The translations under genes and the position numbers were made by a program. Below, in pieces: positions 12,257 through 25,558 of a stretch of DNA of 32,698 nucleotides. The DNA is taken from assembly GCF_006345805.1 (NCBI RefSeq), contig NW_021832776.1, positions 1 to 32,698 on the forward strand. The letters run 5' to 3'. Source of the stretch: Octopus sinensis. Taxonomy: Eukaryota. Each line of letters begins with the position of its first letter. Positions within the stretch are counted from its first letter, which is position 1. A model generated the notes under the pieces. It was given only the letters and a program-made list of their open reading frames with translations, did no database searches and was not told the DNA's origin.

Positions 12257-12369
12257 TAAATAAAGAATCTTTATCCACTAATGTGGTGTTGAGAACTCAT
12301 TCTCAATGCTTATATCTATACCAAATATATATACATAAATATATATATGTATAGACATATATATGTATA

Positions 12370-12408
<39 letters not shown>

Positions 12409-12499
12409 CACACAGACAAACACACAATTATATATATGTGTATGTTTGTATTTTCTTTTCTTCACAATATGGGCTAGTTATAGACAAGTATTATGATCG

Positions 12500-12690
12500 T
12501 TCAAGTAAAGTTCCTTGTTTTCAGTCTTCCCTGAAATCATGCCTAACTAGGGGGAAATATTACCTTGCTTGGAAACAGGTGAAGGTTGGTGACAGGAAGG
12601 GCATCCAGCCAAGGATAAACCTATCACAGTGAATTTCATATGACCCATGCAAGTACTCTAAAGTGAATATTAAAATAATGATGATGATGT
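12500..12690 (+). mobile_element. Family F-related element
   Basis: GGTTGGTGACAGGAAGGGCATCCAGCC..ACCCATGCAAG, then a (GAT)n tract. Confidence 0.6.
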
Positions 12691-13536
12691 TGAAGATAAT
12701 ATTGATGATGATAATGCTGATTATGAGGACAGTGATGATGATAATGACAATGATGATGATGACAATGATGATGGCCATGACAACAACGATGATGATGATG
12801 ATGGTGATGATGGCAATGATGATGACGACGATGACAATAAGTAAAAAGAGGAGAGGGGCGAAATGAAAATGCAATAGAAAAATAGAAATAAACAATTTCA
12901 ATTGCCTGTATTATATGTTACAAGGCTATACATACACACACACACACACACACACAATACTCTGACATATGCACACACCTACAAACACACACACATACAC
13001 ACACCCAGTCGCACACATTTGGGTGTGCAATCAAGATATAGAAATATTTAAAACAAGCATATCAGGGTATATATTTATTTCCTTTTATTACAAACAGACG
13101 TTCTTCCTTTATCATAATCTATAGTTGTGTAACTACAATGAAAGGAAATGGTACCAAATGACAAGATATTTTTGAAGCTATATATTCTATATATTCAGAA
13201 TTTGTACAGAAAATATGACAGTTGCACTGGATGCAAGATGTCAGGGTGTACACAGACCATGGCTACGAAAATAAATCAGTACATTACAAAGGTACAATGG
13301 AGGCAAAGTTAAAATTTAACTGTCAGTATTTGTTATTTGCATATTTGTAAATAAATGAACGAGTGAATAAATAAATAAAGAAGGAAAGAAAGAAAGAAGT
13401 GAGGGAAAATATTATGCTTTTGGTATGAATATATTACTGTAAATATACAAAAAATAGTGAAGCATACAAATATAAAACTCCAAAGTATTATAAACACATC
13501 AACAACAAAATCATCATGAACAACAAAAACAACAAC

Positions 13537-13570
13537 AATAATAATAATAGTAATAATAATAATAATAATA

Positions 13571-13606
<36 letters not shown>
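13537..13606. repeat. (AAT)n-(TAT)n self-complementary tract
   Basis: The repeat switches to its reverse complement at about 13571. Confidence 0.9.
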
Positions 13607-13607
<1 letters not shown>

Positions 13608-13905
13608 GTAGTAGTAGTGGTGGTAATGTTAGGTGACATATGAAGGTGACATTGTAAGAACAAATTACAAAAATGGCAGTGATGGAAGAACATTGTGTAC
13701 AATCGATTATCAAAGAAAACAGCCTTGGAAACAAAAGAATGTGACAGGAAATAAAAGAAGTGTCCCAAGAGAGGAGCAGCCTTATAAACATAAACGATAA
13801 TAGACCACTGATTTAAAGCCTGAATTTAAGTGTGCTGAACATAAATATATAAATACATACATACATCTGTACATATATACACGTCTCTCTCACGCTCTGT
13901 CTCTG

Positions 13906-13991
<86 letters not shown>

Positions 13992-14985
13992 TATATATAT
14001 ATATACACACAAACATACACACATAAACACACAACATATGTTTGTGTGTGTGTGTGCATACATACACAGACAACCATAGTAGTCACACAGCTAGCAAAGC
14101 AAGATTGAAATGTGTTCTTAAATTACCTTAACAAATACTTTTTTTCTGATGGGGACAGTTAGAGATCAGCTCAGAAATTTTATTGGACTGATCAGATTTC
14201 AGTGTTAAAATATGAAACCTCTCTGCTAAACAAACGCTGCATCTATGAGAGCTGGTAACAGACAACGTTAGCATTTTCGATAATTAACCAGTTGATTCCA
14301 AAACTTCCTATGTCTCTTTCAAATGTCAGATATTTAGATAATGAAGTAGCCTACTTGTCCATATGGCTGAAGGAATATATGCACTGAATGCTCTGTCTCT
14401 TAAACAAGTTCTAATTAAGGTCAGTCTAGCTTTTTCAGTATTGTCTGTGGGGGTCACATTTGCACAATAGACAAGTATCTTTGAAAGTTACTTACCATCA
14501 AGAATACAAGTTGTAATATTAATGCAGATGCATTAAGTTGATTAGTTTGGAATATTTCTATACGTAGTATTACTCTGCTTATTCATTCTGCTTTTGGCAG
14601 TAGCCAGATTTTGGATGCAACTGTAACTCATTTTGATTTTGGTACTATTTTATTAAAGAATTTGTTATAAAAATGACTGTGTGGGAAGTGTTTGCATTAT
14701 AAGATATAAAAATCTTGCGGCTATATTGGATGACACATTTAATCTGAAAGAGGGGATTGTACCAAATATCTTTTTGCTTTTTCTTTTTTTTATATGTTTA
14801 TGATGTTGAGTATATTATATTTTTCTTTGAATCTGTTCTCTTTTAAGGCATCCTTGTAATGCTCTGAAAAACGATTAAATCTATTCTTCATCTAAAGAAA
14901 TATTTTATATATGTCTGACTACATACATTATAAATATGAGGAAGGGGAGAATGTAAATTCTGCTATATAGTATTGTATGGTAATA

Positions 14986-15065
14986 GTGTAGTATAGCGTT
15001 GTGAGCTAGTAGTGTACTATAGTGTTGTGAGGTAGTAGTGTACTATAGTGTTGTGAGGTAGTAAA
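14986..15065. repeat. 26-bp minisatellite, about 3 units
   Basis: TAGTAGTGTACTATAGTGTTGTGAGG twice, plus a degenerate upstream unit. Confidence 0.85.
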
Positions 15066-15099
15066 GTTGTTGTAAATAGTGTAATATGATGGTTGTAGT

Positions 15100-15720
15100 A
15101 GAAGAGTAGTAGTAGAAGTAGTGCTACTGGAATGAAAGTAAAGTCTGGTTGAGAATAGGGTGGTGGGGGCAATGGTGACGATGATGGTAATGACAATAAC
15201 AGGTGTGATGGTGTTGGTGCTGGTGAAGGTAGTAGTATTAGTAGTGATGATAATGGGGGGGATGATGGTGATTGTCATAGTAGAAGTAGTGGTCTTGATG
15301 GTAGTGTTGATGATGGCAGCAGTTGTACTGGTGGTAGTGATGGTGATGGTAACAGTTATGGTTAGGCTGGGGATGATGAAGGGGAGAGTAATGACGATAG
15401 TGGTAATGGTGGTGATAGTAGTTGTGGTTGTGGTAGTGGTGGTGATGGTGATGATGGTGGTGGTAGTGCTGATGATGGCAGAAGTTAGTGGTGGTGGTAA
15501 TGTTGTAGTGGTGATGGTGGTAGTTGTGGCAATGATGTAGTTGTGGTAGTAGTTGTGGCAATAATGACAATGGCGGATGATAGTGGTGGTGGCAGTAGTT
15601 GAGGTGGTGGTAGTAGTAGTTGGAGTAGTAGTAGTTGTGGTGGAGGCAGTAAGGTGGGAGTAACAGCTCTTGCAGTGGTGGTGTTGGTGGAGGTAGTGGT
15701 GGCGGTGATGGCAGTGCTAA
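15100..15720. repeat. Degenerate (GGT)/(GAT)/(GTA) tract
   Basis: Directly visible. Confidence 0.85.
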
Positions 15721-16064
15721 TATATATGCAGAGATAGGGGGGTGTCAGGTGGGTGGGGTAGCAAAAGTAACAATGAATATAGAAGTTTCCACTGAAATTG
15801 GAAAATATCATTTATTTATTCACTTTTCTTCATATTTTTGTTATTTTTCTATTGAAAAATTATATTTATTTATTTATTTGTTTTATTCCTCTTTCATCGT
15901 TATTGATGATAAAAGTGAAAAAAAAGGCAGAGAGAAAAAGAGAGGAAAGAAGTCTATTTTTATCCAAAGAGAGAAAGGAAAGAGAACAAGATTCTGGAAA
16001 CGTTAGCAACTCCATAGAAATTTACTAATGCCAGAAGGTTATTTTATGTCAAATTCAAAAACAC

Positions 16065-16065
16065 C

Positions 16066-16119
<54 letters not shown>

Positions 16120-16218
16120 TGCATACATACACATACGTGCATACACACACACATATGCATACATAAAGGTGTGAGTGCATGCACAATACATACATATTAT
16201 ATATATGTATGTATATAA

Positions 16219-16275
<57 letters not shown>

Positions 16276-16430
16276 CACAAACATAAAGATGTGTGTATAT
16301 GCACACCCATAAGTATACATACATATATGTATATATATATATATAGACACCCACACACTCACACACACATACACACTCACACACATACATACACACATGC
16401 ATGCACACACAAACACACCACACACACACA
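16065..16430. repeat. Compound CA/TA microsatellite
   Basis: Directly visible. Confidence 0.95.
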
Positions 16431-16688
16431 TTGTTTCAGTCTTCAGGCTTAACCTTTTATATCACTATAGTTTTAGAGACTTCATTAGTGAACAGTTTTC
16501 AAATTTGAATACAGACAAAATTTCATGCATGGATTTTGGAGCCCACCCCAGCCCTACTTCAACTCCCCACCATGCATCCTACCCTAAAGGACAAAGGGTA
16601 AAATTATACCTAAGCCAGATTTGTAACTAAGAGCTTTCACTACATATAGCAAAAAACATCAACAACAAAAATTGCTGACCATTGCTAT

Positions 16689-16925
16689 TTTTCTCTCTAT
16701 TTTCCTTGTTTCAGTCATTAGACTACAGCCATGCTGGAGCATCAACTTGAAGAACTTTAACCGAATAAATTGCCTCCTGTACTTATTCTTTTTTGTAATG
16801 CCTGGTACTAATTTTATCAGTCCTTTTTGCCAAACTGCTAAGTTACAGAGCCATAAACACACCAACACTAGCTGTCAAGCAGAGGCAAGGGACAAACGCA
16901 TACACAAAGACACACACAAGCACAC
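16689..16925 (-). mobile_element. SINE family E, 3' half
   Basis: GTTTCAGTCATTAGACTACAGCCATGCTGGAGCA..GCCAAACTGCTAAGTTAC. Confidence 0.8.
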
Positions 16926-17914
16926 ACATATAGTGAAAAAGTTTGAGAAAAAACTCCAGATGGTGAATTGTAGTAAAAAGTATTATTAGAAAGAAAATGC
17001 CCAGAAATTTTATGTCTGAAATATATATATATATATATTTTCAAACTTAAAATAAAATATTTACATAGTCGACAGGTTTTGCTTATGCTAATCATGACTG
17101 AGTAATTAGTGATAATGTTATAATTTCATGATATCATAATAAGTTTTCATTCCACACACATACAAACAAACACACATATATATATATATAATCATGTAAA
17201 CCACATTTGCATTGGTTAGAATAAAACAGAATAAAAACTAATGAACAAAATGAATGAATAATCATTTTTCCCAATGCTCGACTGATTCCATGAATCCAAC
17301 ACAATTCACTACCCTACACCAAAGGAAAATGAAGACAACCATAAAAGCCATCAATAGATCTTTCATAAAATATGCGGAGGTGTAGTTTTGGATGTTAGGT
17401 GGAAGATAAGTGAAAGAAACCATTCCAGCATAATGGAAACAATTAAACACAAACTGTAATATAAATATGTTAACACGGAGAGCAGAGTCGTTTAAAGTGT
17501 ACAAGGCCAGATACAGTGGAGTCGAAAAGACGAGGTGCAGTAATAGAGCAAAGGCTGGGCTTTTAAGTAAAAGAAAATTTATACGTGAAGCTTTTAATGT
17601 AAAGAAAATAGCATTAAAAATATAATTAATAACAACAATAATACTAATGAAAATAAAAATAATAATAAACAAAACGAGGTAAGAGTAATGCAATTATGAA
17701 ATTATATTGTGGAAGAATCTGGCATACTTCTTTTTTCCCTAGCTTTATTGTGTCTAGTATGAGTGCAAGTGTGTGTGTATACATACACATACACAAAGAT
17801 CTATATTTTTGTGTGTGTATGTGTATACATATTATAGATAGATTGATAGATATAGATATACACCTGTGTATATATATAATTATGTAGAGTGATATATATG
17901 TGTCTTTGTGAGCA

Positions 17915-17951
17915 TATATATACATACATACATACATATATATATATTATA

Positions 17952-18028
<77 letters not shown>

Positions 18029-18029
18029 C

Positions 18030-18064
<35 letters not shown>

Positions 18065-18110
18065 ACATATTTATATGTGTGTGTGTATGTATATGAATGT
18101 GTATACATAC
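17915..18110. repeat. (TA)n-rich microsatellite
   Basis: Directly visible. Confidence 0.95.
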
Positions 18111-18346
18111 ACATGCAGCTTAGATTTTATCCGCTTTGTGCTTTGATTTCAGTAAAGTCAATTATGGAAAGAGGATTACAGAAAGCAAGCTAGCCATGAA
18201 GCAAGACTTTGCTAATTAGAGCAAATTTTTAAAATGTCAATGTGATTAGCATTTGCAATATCAGTTTAATTATTTTCTCTGTATAGACATAATATACGGA
18301 ATGTGAACTACTTAACTGCAGGTAACAACCAGGGGTCAGACATTGT

Positions 18347-18434
<88 letters not shown>

Positions 18435-21170
18435 GTACACACACACATATGGCATCAATGTACTTTTACTTGCTTTGCAAAATGTTAATATAATATGGTG
18501 AAATTGAGTGTGTATTTATATAAACATGCATACACATACACACACATGCAAGCACACACATATATCTATACATGTATTTATATACATACACACATGCTTA
18601 TAATATATCTGTGCTGGTATTTATGTGAATGTGTATTTATATTGAATGCCATAATTCACCAGCACTGAACTGTGCAACTTAAGCAGCTAATAGGGTCTAT
18701 ATATTTGTTATTAACAATACAATTATTACAGTATGATTATACATACATGTACATACAAAAGTTTCTCTTAATTTATTCTTTTACCATTTTTCATTGAACC
18801 ACAAGTACTATAACATTTCACACAGGCATTGTAGTATTATAAAATGTTCTGTATATAAAATCCTCATTAGTTCTTTCAGAATTTAGAATATTAAACAGTT
18901 GCCTTGCACAATTCATTCAAATTCTCTACTTATGTGTAGCTCTGTTACTTGTGGAAATTGCCCTCTTGTTTATAATTAACTGGCAGATTCATTAGCATAC
19001 TGGGCTAGTGCTGGACTGACTGAACATAATTTTAAAACATGGATTTAACAGCATCCATACTCTTCTGTTTGCACTGACAGGGAATTTGCATTAGTTTTGT
19101 TAAAATTTAACTGGTCTTTGAGAGACATACAAGGGTGTATAAGTAATCATTGCATGTTGAAACTTGGATCTAACTTTTATTATCCCAACAAAAGGTCTTG
19201 GTGAATACTCCCTTCTCATTTGCATCTATGTGAACAAGTGTGACAAAATGGTTTCAAGATTCTTATCTTTAAATATATCAGATCTTTTATTTTCTTGTAA
19301 GCATGATTCTAACTACCTTTTTTGGCCTATTTTAAACCTCCTCAAAGTCCTAAAATCAGAGCCAATTTTAATTTTATATATACAACTGTTAGATCTATAT
19401 TTTTGTTATCTCATTTCACAATACCAAAAAGCTCCCTTGCAAGAATACACACACACACATAAATACATTCAAATGTATAAAAATATGTATGTATGTATGT
19501 CTTTGGGTATGTGTGTGTGTATTTATTCATATATATATCAGTGGTTATAGAAGATATATTACATGTGTACACATACATGCATGCACACGCACATACACAC
19601 ACACACACGAATATATACACACACATACTCAGATGAATTTGCATTATTATATTTTGTTTCCAATTTAATTGCATGCATATTTAATTCAGTATATTTAATT
19701 CAATCATTTTAATATACCAATCCTTCACCATCTTTCCCTATTTGCACACAAAATTTTCTACACCTATTTTTGTCAAAGAATTCCCTTGAAGACCTTTATA
19801 TATTTTATAATTAACACCTTTATGCAAATATAAATAATTCTAATATTTGGTATTTTACAATTTAATTGCATGCATACTTGATTCAATAATTTTAATAACA
19901 TACACAGTATTTTCCCATACAAGCTCAGTTTTTCTTTGCATAAATTTGTCATTATTATTATTTTCCTCATTCACTAATGTCAGTACACGAGAAGCTGCAC
20001 CTAGTTTTGACCTTTCCTTATATGGTATATTTTTCAAAATGGAGCTTTAATGAATGAGGTTTAATGCATTTTCAAGAGATCAGGCAAAACTTGCTACCAC
20101 TTTTGAATATCTTTTGCATCTCTAATTTCATATATATATATATATATATAGATAGATAGATAGATAGATAATGGAATGAATGACATTCTTTATCTAAAAT
20201 CACTACAAGTGTTTCTACACATTTTTACACTTGTTGTATATTACTGAGATACTGAGTAATTGTTATCATACATCAGGTAGCCAATAACTATGGATGGGCT
20301 TTTATTGTTCTACAATGTTTTTATCTGAATCTTAAATATCAATGCATTCCATCTGTGACCATTGTATCAGACATAATATATATAGGAAAGCTAGATAATC
20401 ATAATTGTCCTTCCTTAATCAAGTCAGTAGAAAGATAGTAGAGGGTGATTTCGCTATTATTTCTAGCACATTGATCAGCCACATAAAGGCCTCTGTGAGA
20501 TTATGAGCTATCAAATTTAAGATGATATGTAAGTACCTGATTTAGTAACTTATTTAAACTATTAATGTTATATGTAATTTATAACTTATTAGAACACACT
20601 TATCAGAACTTAAGTTCATCATAAAGAATGCTAGAATGATACCTGGTGTTGCCAGGGAAATACTAGAAAGATTCTTTCTGTTGCCTGGGCAATAAAAATT
20701 TCAGTTTTAAACTAATTAATTGAATGAGAATCACAGTAATTCCCTATAAAATCATTATTTGAAAAACCCTTCAAGTTTAACGCCTGCAGCTTTTATGCCA
20801 TGGTCTCTGATACAGTGATTGCCTCTTAAAAATACTCATTTAGAGGAGCTTTTAAGTATGTTTCCCAATGCTTCTGAAATTTATTGTCAACCAATAGAAG
20901 AACATTGTCTAATTATATATTATTTCATAAATATTTGAAAACCAAAATTTTTTGGAAATACTTTAAGACACACTGATTTATAATAAGGGTTAGCGACAAC
21001 AAAAGCATTCTGCTGTAAAACAGTACTTCAGAAATATGTATTCATCTAACCTATGTCAGAATGGTAAAAAAAACAGACATAAAATGAATGAACATATGAA
21101 GTATACAGTATAGACACAGACATACACACACATGTAAACATATACAACACTCTCTCTTTCTCTCTCTCTC

Positions 21171-21214
<44 letters not shown>

Positions 21215-21220
21215 ATATAT

Positions 21221-21348
21221 AGTTAATCCAAACATGAAAGCACAAAAAAACACAACAACGCGAGGACGTGGAACAAATATAGTATTATTGGACGCTCAGG
21301 AAAGAAGGAAAGGAGGGTTTAACGTTTCGAGCGGAGCTCTTCGTCGAT
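21221..21348 (-). mobile_element. Short element with 5'-truncated minimal hammerhead motif
   Basis: Minus strand GACGA-A-GAGC-UCC-GCUC-GAA-ACGU-U-AAACCCUCC. Core lacks C3/U4 and the 5' strand of stem I. Palindromic stem III (ACGU), CpG-rich, abuts (TA)n. Confidence 0.5.
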
Positions 21349-21399
21349 TTGTATATGTATATGTATGTATTTGCAAATATCCAGTACACATACATATAT

Positions 21400-21790
21400 G
21401 CACAGGTGTGGCCATGTGCAGCAGTCCAGCTATGGCTGTGTAGAAAGAAAATTGCTTTCCAACCATATGGTTCAGGGTTCAGTCCCACTGCATGGCAAGT
21501 ATCTTCTGTTATAGCCTCAGAACACCCAAAGCCCATCATATGTGTATGTCTGTGTGTATATTATTGTGTTTGTATTTGTCTCCCAGTGTTTATCTTCCTG
21601 CATGACTGGTGTTGGTTTGTTTATGTTCCCATAACTTAGCAATTTAGCATAACAGACTGATAAGATAAGTACAGATTTGAACAAACAATAAGTAGTTAGG
21701 TCAGTTTGTTTAACTAGACCTTTTGAAGCCAGTATGCCCCAGCATGGCTGCAGTCCAATGATTGAAACAAATAAAAAAGATAAAAAAGTA
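21400..21790 (+). mobile_element. SINE family E, full length, degenerate
   Basis: GGTTCAGTCCCACTGCATGGC head through CAGCATGGCTGCAGTCCAATGATTGAAACAA and an A-rich tail. Confidence 0.8.
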
Positions 21791-21852
21791 AAAGCTACAT
21801 ACATGCTTCAGTGTTTGTGTGTATACATGCATACATATATGCATATATATAC

Positions 21853-21900
<48 letters not shown>

Positions 21901-22020
21901 ATCATTTTATATACATGCATATATATATATATAAATATAGATATACATATATGTATAAATATGAAAAGATATATGTGTGTGTGTAAGTATATATAAACAT
22001 ATATGTATGTATGTATATAT

Positions 22021-22067
<47 letters not shown>

Positions 22068-22500
22068 CACACACACACACACACACACACATATAAATAT
22101 ATATGTATGTGTATATATGAAGGCACAGATACAAAATCTAGAAAAATCAATGAATATGTATCTGCAGAAAGATATAAAAAGAAGATAAAAAATAAAAAAA
22201 AATTTTTAAATACTTTTATTCTGTGTGAATATAAAATGGAGTAAAATAGAAATTGAATTGTTGTTACTGTTGTTGTTGCTCTTGTTATTGTATTGTCTGT
22301 TGTAATGTTTATTTAACACCAGCTGGTCATTGACATATTAAATATACATACTTCTTCCTTTATACTTCACTGGACGTTGTACTCTACACTGTGAACATTC
22401 GACATAAAACACACACATACGCTCACACACATTTGTCAGTTCATCAATTTATTTATCTGTTATCTCTCTCCCTCTCGCTTCCTCTTTCTCCCCCCTCTCT

Positions 22501-22698
22501 GGTGAGCTGATGGAATTGTAAGGAGTGCTTAGCAGTTTTTCATCCATCTTTACATTCTGAGTTCAGATTCCACTGAGGTTGACTTTGCCTTTCATCCTTT
22601 CTGGGGTGATAAACTAAGACCTAGTTAAGCACTGGGGTCGATGTAATCAACTTGGCCCTTCCCTTGAACTTACTGGCCTTGTGCCAAAATTTGAAACC
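22501..22698 (+). mobile_element. SINE-like element, family D, followed by a (TCTA)n tract
   Basis: GAGTTCAGATTCC B-box-like motif, TTGCCTTTCATCCTTTC central motif, ends at a simple-repeat tract. Single full copy; a possible tail fragment lies at about 5085-5100 (-). Confidence 0.6.
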
Positions 22699-22762
22699 TA
22701 TCTATCTATCTACCTGTCTGTCTGTCTGTCTGTCTATTTTTCCATCTGTCTGTCTAACAACA

Positions 22763-22860
<98 letters not shown>

Positions 22861-22870
22861 GCTATCTATC
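22699..22870. repeat. (TCTA)n/(TCTG)n tetranucleotide tract
   Basis: Directly visible; long perfect TCTA run at about 22763-22860. Confidence 0.95.
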
Positions 22871-24013
22871 CATCCCTCCATTATTCTGCCTGCCTGCCTG
22901 TCTGTCTCTTTGCCTTTCTATCTGTCTACCTCTCTCTCCATCTGTCTTCTTGCCTCTGTTTCTATATATCATATGTACATCTTTGCATGTATGTCTGTGT
23001 GTAGGTGTGTGTGTATATCATTACATAAAACTGCATGCATGTGGAGTGGTGTCAGTATTTGCAGTGACCTCTGTATGGCAACAGGAGCTTTTGGCAAGAA
23101 ATGGAGGAGAATGATGTTTGTGAATGAAACAAACAAATAAAATTTTAAGTGATTAAAAAAGACAAGAAAAAACAAACAGTTAAAGTAGTGAAACAACACA
23201 CATACATACACACATACCCTCACACACACATGCACACTCTCATATAAACAAACACATGCTTACTATCAATTCTACTAACTGAACAACCCACTCCACACTC
23301 TAGACAAAGAAGAACAGTTCCGTTTCGCAACGATAGAATTCACCATTTCATGCAAAGGTTCATGACCTTAATTAATTTAGCAGGAATTTTCTGTTCAATT
23401 AAGGAATTTGTAACAACTAATATGTTACACAAGATTACAGTATATCCCTGTGTTAATATTAAATAGGATGAAATAACATGGCTACTAGCTAATCCCTTAA
23501 TCCATTTTTTATGAACCTTCAGGAACTATGTGAAGTGAAGGGTAGACAGAATTTTTTATATTTTAAAATGGTTAGGGAATAAATACTCCCTGTACACCCT
23601 GGGTAACATGATGCTGGGTTTTCACAATGACGTGAATAATTTGTTTTTTTTTATTAATTTGAGACAGGCATTAAACATGATACCATAAATTGATGCTGCC
23701 ACTTCTGTTAGATTATAATCTTTCTAAAAACAAATTGAGCTACACAGATTGAATTCTCTGCCATCTTACAAACATCTAATTCTTTTAATTCTTTCCTGTA
23801 ACAATTGGGTGATACCATTACAGATGTTCTAAGTTTAATGCTCCATTCAAAATTTAAATCATTTTCTAAGAATCATTTTGAACTCAATTTTACTAGGATT
23901 TCTGTTGCAAAGACTAATTGTGGAACTATTTGTTCTTTGCTACTTAAACTAGACACTTGTTGTTCTATTAACTCCTAAAAGTCTTCAGAGTTGAGTATCT
24001 CATTATCAGTATC

Positions 24014-24235
24014 TTTTCTTTTTTTTTATATCTTTTTATTTATATCTGGGGCTCTACCTTGAAGTATTTCTAGTCAAAGGAATCAACTTCAGTACTTATT
24101 ATTTTCTTTTTCTTCTAAGTCTAGTACTATTTCTATCTTTCCCTTTTGCTGAACTGCTAAGTTATGGGAACGTAAACACACCAATGCTGGTTGTCAAACA
24201 GTGATGGGGACAAACACAGACACAAACACACACTC

Positions 24236-24280
<45 letters not shown>

Positions 24281-24425
24281 GGGCATTTTTCAGTTTCCTT
24301 CTACCACATCCACTCACAAGGATTTACTAAGTCGAAGGCTGTTGTAGAAGACTTTGCCCAAGGGGCTATTCAGTGGGATAGAACCCAGAGGTTGGGAAGG
24401 AAGCTTCTTATCACATATGAACACT
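24014..24425 (-). mobile_element. SINE family E nested in the fossil transposase
   Basis: Family motifs. The transposase reading resumes on either side (..DVIQC | TDNEILNSEDF..). Confidence 0.8.
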
Positions 24426-25148
24426 GAATAACATCTGAATTATCTTCTTTAAACCCTACTCCTTGTGCCATTTCTACAATATTCTTGTTGTTTGAGATGA
24501 CTTCATTTTCTATCTCGTAGTCTTTTTTGACTTTATTTGGGCATGTTTCTTTATTTCTAAACTTCAAGAGGATATGTATACGTAATTCCTTTCTAGACAT
24601 TTCTAATATTTTTCTGGAATTCTTTGATGGACTGGTGTTTATTAACAGACGGTGAAATCAACCGCCTTTAAGTTCTTCAAAGATAACATGCTATCAAAAA
24701 CGGAAATAACATCTTGATCGATACACTTTTATAGTTTTGTAGAAGGAAAATTAACCTCAGTAAGGTACACGTGCTTAGAGTGAATCTAGACATGAAGGAT
24801 AACCAGGCAAATTGTCCAAAAGCAAAATGGAACTCGGATTGGAGTTTTTATTACAGTGATGTAAGACAAGGTAGAGATATTCAATGAACTATTCAGTAAA
24901 CAAAATTGTTTGTTGGTGAAATACTTCTAATAGATTTTCATGGGACTGATAAATTAGATTTAGAGACACATTTCAATACTCTTGGAGTATCAAAATAATA
25001 AACCAGTAATGTCTTAACTTTCAAGTCTCCAGTGACATTTGCTCCTCACAATGATGTGAGATGGTCTGTTTGCTACTTTGTCTTTCTTCCTCTCAGATTA
25101 AAGCTTTAGAAGTTAGACACTTCTAAGATATTCCTCATTTGTCTACAT

Positions 25149-25446
25149 CAGTGGTTTCCAGCTCGAGTCTGTATGACCCCTGAGTTTTGAGGGTGCACCC
25201 TAGCAAAATAGTAAATTGAAGATCCAGAGTAGTATTTTGAGGGTACATGAAAAGTTTTGATTTAAATATATGTATTGCAAGAAACATTTAAGTTTCTTCT
25301 CTAACATTATACAGAGGTCAACCTTGAGAAGTTAATGTGTGTAAAACAAAGGGCACCTATAAAAGTAGTTTTTAAACATCGAATGGCTATGGAGACTACA
25401 AGAATAAAATAGTGAACAAATGGGTCCATAGATATAAAACGATTGC
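25149..25446. mobile_element. hAT/Charlie-like non-autonomous element, one end lost, nested in the transposase
   Basis: Begins CAGTGGTTTCC. Preceded by GTCTACAT, resembling the Charlie NTCTAGAN target. Interrupts the transposase at the first catalytic D. The second TIR is not seen. Confidence 0.5.
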
Positions 25447-25558
25447 TTTTAACATTCTCCTTCCATCATGGCATGGGTTGGATGGTTTGGCAGGAGCTAG
25501 CCAGGCAGAAGACTGCACCACATTTCAGTGTCTGTTTTGGAATGGTTTTTGTATGGCT
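25447..25558 (-). mobile_element. Family F fragment nested in the fossil transposase
   Basis: TTTAACATT..TTCCATCATGGCATGGGTTGGATGGTTTG..CTGCACCA. Confidence 0.7.

Noticed and set aside
13632-13800. About 55 open codons on + (VTYEGDIVRTNYKNG..)
   Set aside because: No polypyrimidine acceptor and no recognisable homology; this length is expected by chance.
14127-14300. Minus-strand exon ending at AAG|GTAATT
   Set aside because: The frames tested hit a stop before the donor, and no partner exons were identified.
24742-24860. Apparent plus-strand exon with AG and GTAAGA boundaries
   Set aside because: It lies antisense within the fossil transposase DDE region, which explains the sequence.
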